Of a stretch of DNA of 64,000 bases, positions 12,701 through 27,451 are shown piece after piece. Source of the stretch: Geosiphon pyriformis uo1 (taxonomy: Eukaryota > Fungi > Glomeromycota); assembly GCA_016748015.1 (NCBI GenBank), contig JAAOMT010000436.1:548703-612702 (forward strand). The letters run 5' to 3'. The stretch's first letter is position 1; each line of letters starts with the position of its first letter. The translations under genes were made by a program, and so were the position numbers. The notes under the pieces were generated by a model, which worked only from the letters and a program-made list of their open reading frames with translations, was not told the origin of the DNA and searched no databases.

Positions 12701-14659
12701 TGAAATATTTTAAAATTATTAATAAACAAGTTATTTGTTTTTTTAACTATTATTAAAACATTTTTAATAACATATATTTTTTTAATAATGGTTTTTTTTT
12801 GCTATTTTTCAGATTTTATTTTTATTATAAAAATATAAATCTAATTGATTAATTATTTAACTATAAACAGCAGTAAAAAAAAGTTCTTTACAAGTCTAAT
12901 TATTAATAAAAATAGTATATTAACAAAATTTATTGTATGTTTTTTTCTACTAAAGTTATTATTCTATAGTTTTTTATTATAGGCAAAACAGATATATTAT
13001 TCTATTTGCTTTGTTATTTTGAGTGTTTAAATTATTTTAGTATACATAAATAATAATAATATCTAATAACAGTTGGCTATACTTTATTATCTTCTATATA
13101 TGTACTTATTAAAGATAATTTCTTTTTACAATTTACACAAACCAATTTTGAAAAATAATAAAATTAATTTTTTTAATTTAATAGTACATAAACAAAAATT
13201 AATATTTGTAACTTTTCTTCTGTTTTTTTTTGTCTTTTTTTTTTCAAGTGGGTAATAATTGTAATTCTGTCCCGAAATTATTGGCACAAAAAATTTAATA
13301 AGTTTTTAAGATAGGCTGTGCTACAAATTTTTTAAATTTAATTAAAAACTGTTCAATAATAGCTGTTTTGAAATATTTACAGATAATAAAAACTTAAATA
13401 TGTTAACTATTAAACAAAATTTGAAGTTTTTGTATATTTTAATCAAAAATGGCATAAGTTTTGGTCAATTAATTATTGTCAACTAAAACTTGATATTAAG
13501 TTGCTTCTATTATAAAATTTTTGTCGAAATTATAATTTCATTTATTTTAAAAAAAAAATTATTAATTTTTTCTATTAAAGTTTTAGTATTTCTATTAGTT
13601 ATAATAATTTCAGTTATAGCTGTCTAATTAATTTGGTAATCTAATTAATCTATAAGCTATTTTGTGATTATGCTGTCAACTAATCTGTTATTAAATATTA
13701 ATTTAATATTTATTTGCTTTATAGTAATATTAATGTATATTGTTCTAATTAGTTTGTTCTAATTAATAGTAGCTTTACTAAAAAAATCTAAGATATTTAA
13801 GCTGTTAATTTTGAATAAAAATATGGCTACAAATATTTTATTTTTAGTAATTGTAATTAAAAAAATCATATTAAAGGTGATTTAGTTGTTAATAAAAAAA
13901 ATTGATAATTTTAACTGTAGTTTTTTTTTAAAAATACAGCATTTTCAAAATTCTAAGTTTTGAAAAAACCAAGATATGAAACTTGGTTTGAATATTTTGT
14001 TGATAGTACTTGAAATAATAAATTGTTATAATTTATATTTTAGAGTGGCATTGCTATAAGTTAGATATTGTTTTTATTATTGCTTTACTATCTTTAATTA
14101 TAATTAATAGCTCAAAATTTTAAGTTACTATATTGTAAAGCTTGATATTATAGTTGTGTTTATAATATTATTTATAGATATTAATAATAATTCTGTGATA
14201 ATTAAATTAAGTATTTTAATTGTTAATATTAAGACAAAAAATATTGAAATCCTATGGATTATAAATATCTTATTATTGTTAATATTAGTTTTTACAATTC
14301 TAATTTGATATTTTTTTGCAATAATTTTTTACAATATAACTTAGTTTTTGATAATAATAACAATTATAAAGATCTTGTTTTTAAAGTTGTTATTGCTATT
14401 GGTGTTATTGCTATTTTAGTACTTTATAATATTGTTATTTTTTCAGTATTGTAAAGGTTAGTATGCTTTTGAATTTTTTACAAAGAATCTTTTAATTTTT
14501 TAAGTTAGCTTTTTATTTTTATTTTATTTTTTTTTATTTATTTATTAATGAGTACAGTCCAACCAAAGTCTAAAATAAGTTACAAAAAAAAGTAGCCAAT
14601 TAAACATGGTTCACGCATTTGCTACATGTGACTGGCCACTCGAGCCAATCAAGGCAACA

Positions 14660-17600
14660 CTACGCACTTATCAAAACACTAACCCTATTAACAGCACCAG
14701 ACAAAAACAAGAACCTACCCCTAAAACCAAAACCAACACCAAGAGAATCTAGCACACCAATAAGGCGGACCATGCCAGCTGAGAGAGGCAGAGCACCCAC
14801 ACCAAGAGCACTGGCCACAACAACATCATCACCAATCAAACCACTTCTCTCCATGTTAGATCTGAATTTAGTTCTAAAGAGCCAGAGGTTTGTCCTATGA
14901 CTCTCAGCCAAATGACGAACAAAATCCACCACCACAATGGTCGTTTTCTTCTTGTTACCAAGAGAAGTAGTGGCCTTATCCATCCAACTCTTGAGAACAA
15001 ATCCCTTGCAAAAAACCGAATACAACCCAACATCAGACACCCCCAGAGAGAGATCTTGTAGTACAAAAGACGGCGACAGTAGATTAGGACCCATCAGAGT
15101 CCTCCACAAACCACCAAAATCACCCAAAATATCAGACTGCACAGAAGCATCCTTAACACAAGTAAAACCATAATCGGGGAGTTCCACATCACCACAAAAC
15201 AGACAAGACACACCAGGGTAATCCTTATTATACAACCTCTTTCGAACAGCAATAGGCAACTTGAAATGAACAGCTTTTATGAAGTATGTATGAAGAGCAG
15301 CAGTGGCTCGACATGTACTTCCAGAGAGCATATGAGAGTCAGGGTGCCAAACTAGAGTGGTACTATTCCAATCAACAACCAGACCAAACAAACAAGACAC
15401 AACCCCTTGGCTGGGACTCACTTCTCACTGAAACTTGCAAATAGAACGAAAAATGTCATGTACAAAATGGCAGACATTACCAGAAACTGGCCTGCCATCA
15501 GCAACCACATATCTACAATTAATTCTGGCAGGGAGAGAGACCCCAGAGTGCGCAGCCTGTTCAGCAAGAACATCAGCCAAAACATTACCAGTAATGCCAG
15601 CATAACCTTTGACCTTGATCCAGTGGACAGTCAGATCTTTGGATTCAATTAAATTAACCACATAGTGCCTTTCTATCCAGCAACTATTGTAACAATCCGG
15701 CTGTAACAGACCCAATTCAGCCACACATGCATCAATAGCCGCTTAACTATCTGTGTGCAAAGCCACTGAAACAGAGGTGGAAATGCACTCCAGAGCCAGA
15801 GCAACAGCCTGTAATTCAGCCAGGGTTGAAGACAGTACACTATGTATCTCCACTCCTAAATTTTTGTTCAGGCCAGGAAAATAAACAGCAGCACCACATG
15901 CCACCTGAAACATACCCAAACTTCTAAGAGAACTGTCAGTATAAACATTAATCTCATCAGTCCACAATCCATGAATCTCTTCACGAACATTGGCAAAAGA
16001 CATCAAATCCAAAACACTAGCACAGGCAGAAGCTAAACTCACAGGAGGGGGAGCATGCAAACAATTACTCAAGTAAGCAGAGGCCTTCAAAAACTATAAA
16101 GGCATGGGGCCTCTAGAACCAAGTCTTCTATCAGCAAAATGTACGCCAACTAACAATAGAACCATTTTTGTCCAGAAGTTGGTCACCATATGCCACACCA
16201 GCAATTTTCAAGGAGCAAACCATATTGAAATACAAAAGATCACCCAATACCAATGAAATTGGGAAACGGCCAGGAGAGCGAAAGGCACAGGGAAGCTTGT
16301 TATCCAAAGACAGCTTGTTGTCAAGAAATATACAAACCACACCCACTAGAAAATTGTTTAAAGTGTTCACTCTTAGCTTAACAGGATATTGCAGAGGATT
16401 CAACGAAGCCCAGCACAAAACCTGCAAATCCAAAATTTGATGTTCGAACAGTCAGCCAAGAATTCCAGAAGAATTCGCAAACTGCACAATGGAAGCTGTC
16501 TTGCATTCAGCTTGCAACTGTTTAAAAGATTTCAGCCCATAAAGAGAGGGATGGTACAATGCCTCATTGGGAAAGTTTCTCAGCAAATTGGCTTTCGACT
16601 TAAGACCCCTTCTAATTAGAACGTCCCATTTTAGACAAACAGCTTTGGAAACAAAACTAAACTGCGTCTGATAACTGACTATAGGCTGCAAAACAGCTAA
16701 AACCAGATAAGAGAATTGTTTATCAGAGACAGCTTTCCGGAGAACCATATTTGAGAAGAACTTAATATCTGAATTGGCTTTGGCAAGACTCGGCTTAGAC
16801 AAATCATCGGTGGACAAGAAAATACCCAAATATCAATGATTTACACCAGAATTAGCAACAGTGATAGCCTGGCCGTTAATGGATAAAACAGGAACCCCCA
16901 CTTTTTTGTTGATAGGAATGGCAACCATCTTCTCGTTGTTTATGTCAATGTCATTGATGAGGAAAAACTCACTGGCCACATTAAAAATGTGCTACATAGA
17001 GGCTTGCTCATTTCCTACCCAAATAGTGTCATCGACAAAGGCACCAGCTGCGAAAAAAGAGGTCATACTCCCACTAGTCTCAATTCTTCCAGTCTTTGAC
17101 ACAAAGTTCGAATTGATCCGATAACCACACAAATGATCTTGTTTCGCAACTTCACATAACAAAGAGTCATAAAAAATTCTCTATAGAAGAGGTGAGAAAA
17201 CTTCACCCTGATCTAAACCATCAAGAACTTTGTATCCATCAAAAAGGCCAAAATCCATCATGACTTTGTTGAAATGACTGTTGTGAATGTTGCCAAAAAA
17301 CTTAATAAACTTGCTACACATTTTGATATGGCGTAAACTAGCTTCTAAATGAGGCCAACCAACAGAGTCATATGCTTTGCACATGTCTTGAAGAACTAGC
17401 CAAAGTTCGCGGCCTTTTTCCAAAGCATCCTCCACAATTGAACCCACAGCTGAAATTGGTGACTGAGTGGAAGTGCCTTTGAGAACAGAAAAGTTGTTAC
17501 CACGGAGGACATCAAACCTATTACAAGCAAGAGAGATCCTGTCTGAAAGAACTTTTGACAAAATCTTCCTGGCCGTCTCAATCAATGCAATAGGTTGTGT

Positions 17601-19343
17601 ATTTGACAAAACGCCATCCCAATTATAAGGCTTAGGAATTATGAACATCCAGGCCTCTTTCCAATAGACTGGAACATTACCAAAATGCAAACTAGAGTTC
17701 AGCAAAGACAACAAACACTCCAAAACCAAACAGCCAGCGTGTTTCCAAAGTTTATTGGTAATACCAGACAAACCAGCAGCTTTGCCATCAGGAAGATCAC
17801 TTATAACCGAAGACATCTCACACATGGTAATATCACACATAACCAGACTGAAGGCGCTATCATCAACATAAGCCAAAGGGGCATATTGTTGTGCCCAGGG
17901 ACCAGACAAGGCAAAAAGAGCATTTCACTTCCTGGTCCAATTAATTATGATGTCATCAACTTTGAGCTTCATTTCGTCAAGTTCCAAAATAAGAGAATTA
18001 CCAACAACCAAATGGTCCAGAACAACTTTGCAAAAGAGCCGCTCCAAGATGCTCCGAATCATCCCATCTTTGTCCGTTTTGAACTTTTCCATACACTTAT
18101 CAATTGCATTTCTGATAACAGATCTTTTGGCCACCTCAGATTCACAATATTTAGACTTTCTATATTGCTTTCTAATCTTTGAAAGATGACTTATCAAGCC
18201 AGCAGAACTCACACCATCCCCGACCATACCAAAAACTTTGAAAGCTTCAGAAGGGTCAATCTTAAACCAAGTATCAGCCAGATGATCAAAGCCCAAAGTA
18301 TCATTCCGTCTCAGCACTTTTAATAACTTGACAACCAAAAGCTCCAACCTGGAAAATTTAGAAAAGAGTCTATTCTTAGCACAATCAAATTCACTATACC
18401 AATGTCTTGAAAAAATCTTTTCAGCAGAAGCAGTCATGGCATCAGCTAGCATTCCCCACATTTCATCCAAATTGCCACCATCCTCAGCTGTCTTGAACCT
18501 ATCCAGAGAACCCAAAAGCACACACTCAAAAAGGTCCTTAAAATGCGCCCACTTTTTCTTATCAGCATCCTTAATCTTAAACTTCCAGCAATTCTTATTA
18601 GCATGCTTGTGGATGCTGTTCAAATGAGCATCCAGAAGACCACCCAACCCAATAGACATTGACACAGCCAAGTGATCCATGTCAAAAAATTCCGAAACAG
18701 AACTAACATCACAATCCACAACTGCTGAAATCAAGGAGTTACTAACTAAAATGTAATCCAAAACCTTGCTAACACTCTTTGAATTGCTCCAAGTAGGAGT
18801 CCTAGCTAGAGAGTGACCACCAAAAACATTAACTAAACCCAAACCTAAACATTTTCTAAGACTCGCCCCCTTGACTGAATTATCTTTATTGAAGTCCCCA
18901 CTCAAAACAACAAAAGAACTCTTGTTGACAGTATCAGCAATGAATGAATTAATAACAAAAGCTTGAGCAAAATGGTCACCACTAGATGCACAGGCATAAA
19001 GCCCAATGACAGACACAGAAAGCTTGTTCTTGAACAAAAAGCGAATTGAAAAAACTCTGCTCTTCACCTCCTCAACTTTGGAAACATGATGAGCCAGAGA
19101 ATTGTTCACAAAAATAGCCACACCAGCTCCACAAAACCCAACATCCAAACCAGATGTAAAAACCCGAACATCCTCAAACCTTTTCATGATCCATAATTGT
19201 GAACTGGAACACAACTTGGTTTCCGTAACAATCGAGATCGAATTACCAGATTCCTTATGCCAGCGAAAAATGTCCTTCTGCTTTGCAGGATTGTTGATTC
19301 CCCTAATATTACACGTGGCAATTTTCCAAATAAAACTGGTCAT
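14660..19343 (-). pseudogene. LINE-2 ORF2 (APE-RT-RNase H-CCHC), disrupted
   Basis: MTSFIWKIATCNIRG, GDFN, LQDMCKAYDSV, GLDQGEVFSPLL, AFVDD, VYTDSS, AELQAV, CLFCGD. Confidence 0.92.
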
Positions 19344-21220
19344 TGTGATGAAGAGATAACCGAAAAACCCGAGCCAGCACATAACTGATCTAACTTAGCC
19401 AAAATCAAACCAACGGAGATGTCGAGGGCAACCAACTTTGATTTCAGACCACCAACTTTGGAAGTCAGGACTTTGGAACTACTCAGACCCAATAGCAAAC
19501 TGGTAACACCTGGAGAGAAAGAGGTAGACTGGACAAAAAGATCATCAACCGCCATGTCAAAATCCAAGTCGGAGTTTGCAACCACAAGAAGAACAGAGGT
19601 TGGGAATTGAGAAACTACCACAGAAGGAGCCAATTGAGAGGAAGGTACCAAAAGTGCCAAACTAATATTGTCAAGACGAGAAAGAATGTTTGAAATTTGT
19701 TCAGACAGAAGCCCCACAGAGCATTCCAGAAGCGCTAAGCAAGCACTCAAAAGAGAATTGACCACAGGTAGAAGGGGGAGTACCCCACCTGAACTCAAAT
19801 CACTGGAAGGCAGGGAACCAGAACCAGAACCAGCACAAAAACCATGAGAGACTGAAGCAACCGAGACCACTTGGGCCCAAGATTTACTACCAAAGGCAAC
19901 AGAACGAGAGATTGGCACATTCTTCTTCGCATATAATTTGGCCAGCTAGAGATGAGTATCAGGGTTGGTAGGCCTTATAAGAAACTTTGAAAATTTGAAA
20001 GCTGACGCAACCTTAGCATCACATTCCAAGGCAGAATGACCAAACTTCTCACACCGTTCACAATGAACTAAATCCAGCCTAGCCCATGAGAGTTTCACAC
20101 CACCAAGGATCAGTTCTGTGCGAAAAACTGACTCCAAAACCTCATCAGAATCAAAACACACAACAGCACAGTAAACCCTATTACCAGTCTCCAATGACCG
20201 ATTTATGACACAAGTTTTTCCACCAGCCCCTTCAAGAAAATTTCCAAAATCATGAGCAGTAGTCCCCACTGGCAAAGTAAACAAAAATGCCCTAAACTGG
20301 TCTCTAGATGCCCAAGTTTCACAATCACCCATCACCATAGCCACACGAACCGAGTCTTTATCAATCAGGAAGGACCACCTAGCAGCCAAAGACACAGCCT
20401 GTTCCAGTTCGGTGAATTCTACCACAGCCTTTTGCCATAAACCAATCAACTAAATTTTGATCAACTTAATTTCTCCAAACTCGGATACTGTGGTGATGAT
20501 CATTTCCTTTGGCATGTCCATGGGAATTTTCTTGATTATTATGGCCCGATCTGAGCATATTCCTTGTCTCTTAAGATTGCTGTTTACAATGACATTATTT
20601 TCCCTGGCCAATGACATGGCCTTTTCCATGCTTTCCAATGAAGTAAACGTTGATCAGATGATCCCTTCAAATTTTGAGGGGGTAATGGCCCCCCAAAACC
20701 ATTGATTGTTGAAAACAATTTCCTGATAACCTGAGTCTTGGCCGTAGCCAATTTTCTCTCCACAACAGATAGATTAATGTCCAATGTGAATGATTTCTTC
20801 ACAGCAACTTCCACCTGAGACTTAACAATTTTGGGGTCCACTCACACCTTTTCCAAAGAGAAAGACAAACAGGGAGAAAGAGAAACTTCCTTCTTATTAT
20901 CCATGCCATAATCAATAGAGCCGATAGGGGAACCGATAGCTGCACCAGTATTGAAACGCTTTACATTAGGCGTATTTATTTGGAAGTCAGAAGTGCTTTT
21001 ATCATCAGAGGTTCCTCCATCCATATTCATGCTAGCAAATTGCCCATCCTCGCAAACAGACCCACCATTCTTGAGATTCTTATTTGCACTTAAAGATTTA
21101 ATAGTACCAAGAGACTTTCTGACTTTTTGGGTTGAACTTCCACCAACTGAACCAGTGGTCGAGACTCTAGCTGACCTTCTCTTAGCTCCAGGCCCACTTA
21201 TAGTGGTAGCCAGTTCAACA
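19340..21220 (-). pseudogene. LINE-2 ORF1, disrupted (start approximate)
   Basis: IGLWQKAVVEF, CERCEKFGHSALEC knuckle; homologous to LINE-1 ORF1. Confidence 0.85.
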
Positions 21221-22784
21221 ACAAAGGAGTTTGTTTCTTGTAAAATAGTGGAAGATAATATGCAAAACAGAAAAAGGCTTCTTTCAAAATTTGACTCTTT
21301 TTTAGGAATTTGGAACAAAGGAGAGAAAGAAGTTTTATTATATTCTTAGCTTTTTATTTAATTAAATAAGCTTTATATCAATATTAAAAATTTTATTTAT
21401 GATTAAATTAACAATTTGGCTGTGATTTGTTTTTTGTTTTACAAATTTAAAGTTATAGATAAGTATTATTGTATTCTATAAGTTTTTAAAATATTAAAGT
21501 TTAATAAACTAAAGAATACTGTTTTTTAATTTTTTAATAAATTGAATTAAATTTGGCCAAATATATAATAGTCTTATTTGATAGCTTAAATTTAATAAAA
21601 AATTTGATTAAATTGGCCAAAATAAATAATAACTGTTTTATAATTTTTTTGTTTTATAATACTAAATTAATTTTGTAATTAAATTAAAGTATTAAAGTTA
21701 CAAAAGTATTATAGAAAATCAAGTTTAAAAATAATAAAGTTAGTTAGTTTTTTATTAAAGCTTTAGTACTAAGAGTTAAATAGTTCTTATTAAAAAAAAA
21801 AGTAATGCTTAAATAGTTTTAGTATCATCTTAACTGTTGACCATAATTGTTTTTTTAGCTTTTAAAATCTATATATATGTATTTTTTTTTTATCAGAGAA
21901 TTTTTTTAATTTAATATTGTCTTTGTAAACTATGACCAAATAATAAAAAATTGTTTATTTGTTAATAAAAAAGAGATTGACAAAAATATGTTTGGTTGTT
22001 TTTTTTTATTAATTTTTATAATAGATTAAAATAGTGATGTTCTTCTTAAAAAAGTAGTTGTTAATTCAGTTAATAATTATAATATTTGTTGTTTTTAAGT
22101 AAAAATATTTCAAAAAGTGGTGTTTATTATTAAAGTAAAATTTTTGAATAGTGTTCTATATTTTCTTAATAATTTAGTTCAGAGATTTTTTTTAAAGTTT
22201 TAAAAATAAAAATTTTCAGAAGTTTTTGGAATTTTTGGCTATAAATTATATGGTTGATTTAATAAAATTCTGCTTTCTAGAGTTTAATAGTAAAATAGTG
22301 TTGTTGGTAAAAAAAATCTTAACTTTTTGCTTGTTGTAAATTGGAATTTTTTTTGTATAAGTTGTTGCTAAATATTACTTTTTATATTTGATTCGAATTC
22401 TTTAGAAAAAGTTTTTATGCTGCAATTTTTTTTAAACTATAAATAACAATTTTGCATATATATTTTAATTTTTTTGTCTATAAAAAAAAAGATTTCTGTA
22501 ATTGTTCTTTTGATGATTAAAATTAAATATAATAGTAAATTTTGGTAAATTTGCTTTTTAAGTTTTTTAGTATTTACTGTTTTGCCTAAATAATAGTTAA
22601 TTTTAACATATATATAGTAAAAAAAATCACTTTTGGCTGCAAAGATTTTTTTGAGATTTTTAAATCTTCTCAAAAATATTGATATAATGCTTTTTTAAAA
22701 AGTAAATAATTTTTTTAAACCATTTTAATAATCACTACTTTTGTGAATTTTTTAGATGCTCTGTTTTTATGGATTTTATAACCT

Positions 22785-22798
22785 TATAGAAAACACTA
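22785..22798 (-). other. Decayed primer-binding site of Gypsy C
   Basis: tatagaaaacacta-aa|tatta differs from Gypsy A's cacagggagcacca-aa|tgtta only by C>T and G>A changes. Confidence 0.65.
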
Positions 22799-22800
22799 AA

Positions 22801-23808
22801 TATTATAAATAAATTAATAAAATATAGTTATAATGTTTAGAACTTGTAATTTAATAATAAGAGCAGTATAAAAATCAAATAAATTAACTTTAATTATGTT
22901 GTAAGTTATTAATTTTTGAAGATTTTTCTGTTTTTAAAGTTTTATTTGTTAGGTTTTTTTTGTTATAAAATACAGAAATATTGTTTTTTTAATTGCATAA
23001 TTATTGTTGTGTTTTTTTCTAAAGTTAGTAAATATAATCATTAGAATTTAGTATTGTTTTTTTACTTTTTTAATAAGCTAACAAGATAAAATTAATATTT
23101 AAACTTAAAAAAAGTTTTTTTTTTTACCAAATTATTATAAAATCTATTTTTAGATAATTAATTTTCAATATTACTGTTTTATAAGAAAAAAATAAAAAAA
23201 ATAAAAAAAATAAAAAAAAAATAAATAATAAAAAAAAATAAAAAAAAATTAGTATTCTATTAATTACTATATTTAAAAGCAATTGGTCTAGTTGTTTAAA
23301 GTTCTAAAAACATTTATGCTAATAATATCTGATCTAAAATAAAAACAAAAGCAATAATTAATTTAATTTTAAAAATCAGAATATTAAAATTATGTACTTT
23401 ATAAATTTGAATAATAATATTTTTATTTGATTAATATAGAATATAAAAAAACAAAAAATTATAAAGCTAAAAAAAAATATTTAAAAGAAATTAATTTTTG
23501 TTGTGTTTGTTTTTTATTTGCTAAAACTATTTCTTTTTATACATATTTTCTACTTTTATAAAATTGTATTTAATTGCTTATTATTACTAGCTATTATTTA
23601 TTGTTTTAATTATTGCTTTGTTTTTTACATTATATTTAATTATTTTATATTATTATTAGTTATTTTGTATTATTTTACATTATTGTATATTATTTTATAT
23701 TATTTTGTATTATTTTGTATTATTTTGTATTATCATGTTTTTTTATATTATTATATATTAATTATATTTTTTTAATAGTTTTAGATTGGTTTTTTTATTC
23801 AAATAACA
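22801..23808 (-). repeat. 5' LTR of Gypsy C (~1.0 kb)
   Basis: Termini tatta...taaca; adjacent PBS; similar to the two other copies; contains a 10-bp periodic TATTAT array. Confidence 0.75.
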
Positions 23809-26800
23809 ATGTTTAAATAGTAATACAGTTTTTTTTAATAATCACAATAAATAAATTACTAATAAATAAAAAACATTAACAATATGTTTATTAATTAAAA
23901 TAATTACAGTCTTATTAGTATTAATAAAAATATTATTAAATTTAAAAAATCTATTAACTATGTCAAATATATACTGTATTATAATATAAATATTTTTAAT
24001 TCAGATTATATTATTTATAAAAGCACTAATTATCAAATATAATATAAAACTAAATTGTTTAACAATTCAATTTGTTTTTAAAATATATTTAAAATTCATA
24101 TAATAATTAAAAAATTGTTCATATTTCTTTATTTTATACAAAAAAAGATTATAAAAAATATGTTATAATAACAAAAAAAAGATTTTATTTTAATCTAAAC
24201 TATTATAAATTTTGTAGTTATTAATTAATTTAAAGTTATAATATAATTTAAATAATTATTATATATATTATCAAAAAACCTAATAAATTTAAAACATATT
24301 TTAATTTTTTGTAAACTGTTTTTTAAATAAAATCAATTAACAAAATTATATGTTTTATATATATTTTATAAAATTAATTAAAGTTCACAATTCTTTTTTA
24401 AGACATTTTTTATTATTAAATTAATAGTAAAAATTAACAATAAAATTAAAATACTTTTAAAGACAAAAAAATTGTTGTTTTAAAAAATGTTAAATTTACT
24501 ATATATTATTAATATTTAATTTAAAAGTATTTTTAACAAAATTTTACAAACAGTTTTAATAAATACTATTAAATAAGTATTAGTTATAATGCTTTTTTAC
24601 TTATAAAACTTAAGAATTATAAAAACTTAAATACACTTCTATTAACCAAATACTAATTTAAAAATTAAACAAAAATATAATAAAACTAATAGCAAGCTAA
24701 TAATATTATTATTACAATACTTTTAAAGTTTGTTTAATATGTTAAAAAGTTTAGCTGTCTTATTATTAAGAAACAATATAATAATTAACAAAAACTTACT
24801 TAAAAAAATCAAATTTATTATCTTTAAAAAATAATATTATTTATAGAATTCAAAAAAACATATTAATACTGCCAAAAAAAAAGAATTTTATTTAACACAA
24901 TCTGCTTTTTAGTTCAATTTTTTATAATAAAATTTACAAATAATTTAATTTTATTATTTATAATTAAGTAATCTAAAATTATTTTGTAAAATAAAAATTT
25001 AAGAATACTATATATTATATAATTTTTATTATTTGCAAAATTTTTTATCTATTTATTAATTATAATATTAATTCTTTTTATTTTAATTTTATAAAACTCA
25101 CAAAGCTTTTTGACATAATAATATCTTTTAGTTTTATAAAAAACCAAATAAATTACATTAGCTCTTAAACTTTTTTAAACTAAATTTCAGATAGTATTAG
25201 CTTTTTTAAAATTTAATTTTAACTATTTATTTATAAATTTAATAAATTTAACATTCAGATATAATAAAAAATATTTAAAAAATCTTGAAACCAAAAATTC
25301 AGTTCATAAAAATAAAAAAAACAATAATTTTTAATATATGAATACTTATTATATTAATACTTAAAAAAAATCTAATTTATAGTAAAGCCAATAATGTTTT
25401 TAAAACAATTTTATATTATATTTAAATTATTAACCATCTTAAATTCTTAAAAATGCTTTTTAAACTATTTTTATATAATTTTATTTGTATTTTTAAAATT
25501 GTATTTTTAATAATTTTTATTATATTGTTTTTATAAAGAAAAATATATTATTTAAAAAACTATTTAATCTTATTAAAATACTTACAGCATTAAAATCAGT
25601 AAAAATTTTTTTTACTTTCAGAACTTTATAAATAACAATTGTATTAACCAATAAAAAAACCAAAATAAAATTAATAGTTTTATAAACACTATATAAATTA
25701 TATTATGTTAAATTTTTAATAAATAAATTATTAGAAAAAGAATAACCAAATTTAAATCCAAATTTTTTTTATAATTAGTAATGTACTTTATATTATTTTT
25801 ATTAAAATTATTTTTTAAAATAACAAATATGCTTTTATTATAAACTTTAGCAATAAATAAGTTAATAATAAAAGTTTAATTTAATATTGTATTAATAAAT
25901 ATACTTATATATAAATTTAATATTATAACTAATTATTTATGTTTAAATAATAAGTAAATTAATAAAAGTTTATCTAGAATCTTAAAAACTTTAAATATAT
26001 ATTTAATTAAATAACTATTATTTAAATATAAAGAATTTAATTTTTTAAAACCATATTAATAAACTCTTTTAAAACCAATAATTTGGTTTTTAAGTTATTA
26101 ATTTTGACAATACAAACTTTTAAACTATTTATAATTAAGTTAAAAAAATAATTCAAGATATTAATTATAATAAACAAATTAAATAAATTCATATTTATTA
26201 TTATGTCTAAAACCAAACTATTAAGTTATAAAGTTATATTATTAGATTATAACAATAAAAAAAAATACAATAATTTTAATTTATACAAAATTTTTATAAC
26301 TTTATTAGTTAAAATCTCTAAGAAACATTTTAATATACACAAATAAAAATTCAAAATTAATGCCATAAATAATAAATCAAGTTAACTAATTATATTTTTT
26401 AATATAAAAATACCAAATAACAAAATACAAAAAAAATAGAAAGTAATCTGTTAACAATTAAAACTTATATTATATTATTAAAAAAAAAACAAAAAAATAT
26501 AAGAGCTTATTTTTTTGTATAAATATATATAAAATATTTTTTATTATATTTAAAAAGCTTGTTTTTAACTTAATTAAATAATATTCTATTAAGTAAACAA
26601 ATAGTAAAACATAACTACTTAATTTATATTTAATATATATAAAAGTCAACAAATTAATTTAACTTAAGGTTATATTTTTAAAAATTAGTATTAAACAAAT
26701 AGCAGTATCTTTGATAACAACAAAATTGAAATACATAATAATACAATATATTTATATATAAAAAATAAAATTGTAAAAAATAAAACAAGTTTTTTTACTA

Positions 26801-27451
26801 TATAACAACAAAAAATTTAACAGATTATAGACAGTAATGTTTATTAACAGTATATATAAAAAAGTATAATAATAGTTTTTTAAGTTTTATATTTATTTAT
26901 TAGTATTGGCTTTAATTATATGTATAAAGTTTTTGTTTAGCAAAATTAATTATTAAAAAACTACCAGATTTATGTCTTTAATATTCTCAAACTTAATTAA
27001 CACTTTTTGCCAAAAATTAATCAACTGTATTTTAATTGTTTTGATTTTACTAAATCTAAATAATATTAATTCTAATACCAATTTAAAAAGATTGATTAAA
27101 ATTTTTTTAATAATAATTTTTTGATTTAATTTAATATTAATTCTCTTTAAATTAATATTAACCAAAATTTTTTTATTAATAACCAGTTTTTTAATTTTTT
27201 TAAACTCGATTTAAAAATAAATATGAATTAATATTATAAAATTTTGGAAAAAAAACGTTTTTTTAAAACTATTAAATTAATAAAAATTTTTTTAATATAT
27301 CTAAGTTTATTATTTAATGTTTTTTTTTTAATTGCTTTATAAGTGAGGTCCAAACACTACCTAGTGCTATACATCAAAGAAATGATCTAAACTAGGTGTG
27401 AATCATCCACTTTCTACATGTGACCAGCCACTTGGACTAATCAGAACAACA

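Larger units (their letters stand above)
14519..21345 (-). mobile_element. LINE-2: full-length non-LTR retrotransposon, divergent subfamily, inserted in Gypsy C
   Basis: 14-bp TSD TTAGCTTTTTATTT at 14505-14518 and 21346-21359; (TAAA)n/A tail at the left end; ORF1 and ORF2 present. Confidence 0.93.
1..23808 (-). mobile_element. Gypsy C: very old, hyper-decayed Ty3/Gypsy LTR retrotransposon (3' LTR runs off window start), interrupted by a solo LTR, LINE-1 and LINE-2
   Basis: Related LTR copies at 1-362 and 22801-23808. Decayed PBS at 22785-22798 and decayed PPT just after 362 match Gypsy A. Minus-strand remnants occur in the expected order: protease ~13620-13710, LVCVNCKKKLS ~13100-13150, dUTPase ~12170-12370, RT (FEFNVM..., ..YL(DD)TNVF) ~10760-11400, FLGL..YY ~3000-3050, integrase C-terminus ~1320-1420 alignable to 33795-33890. 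Confidence 0.8.
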
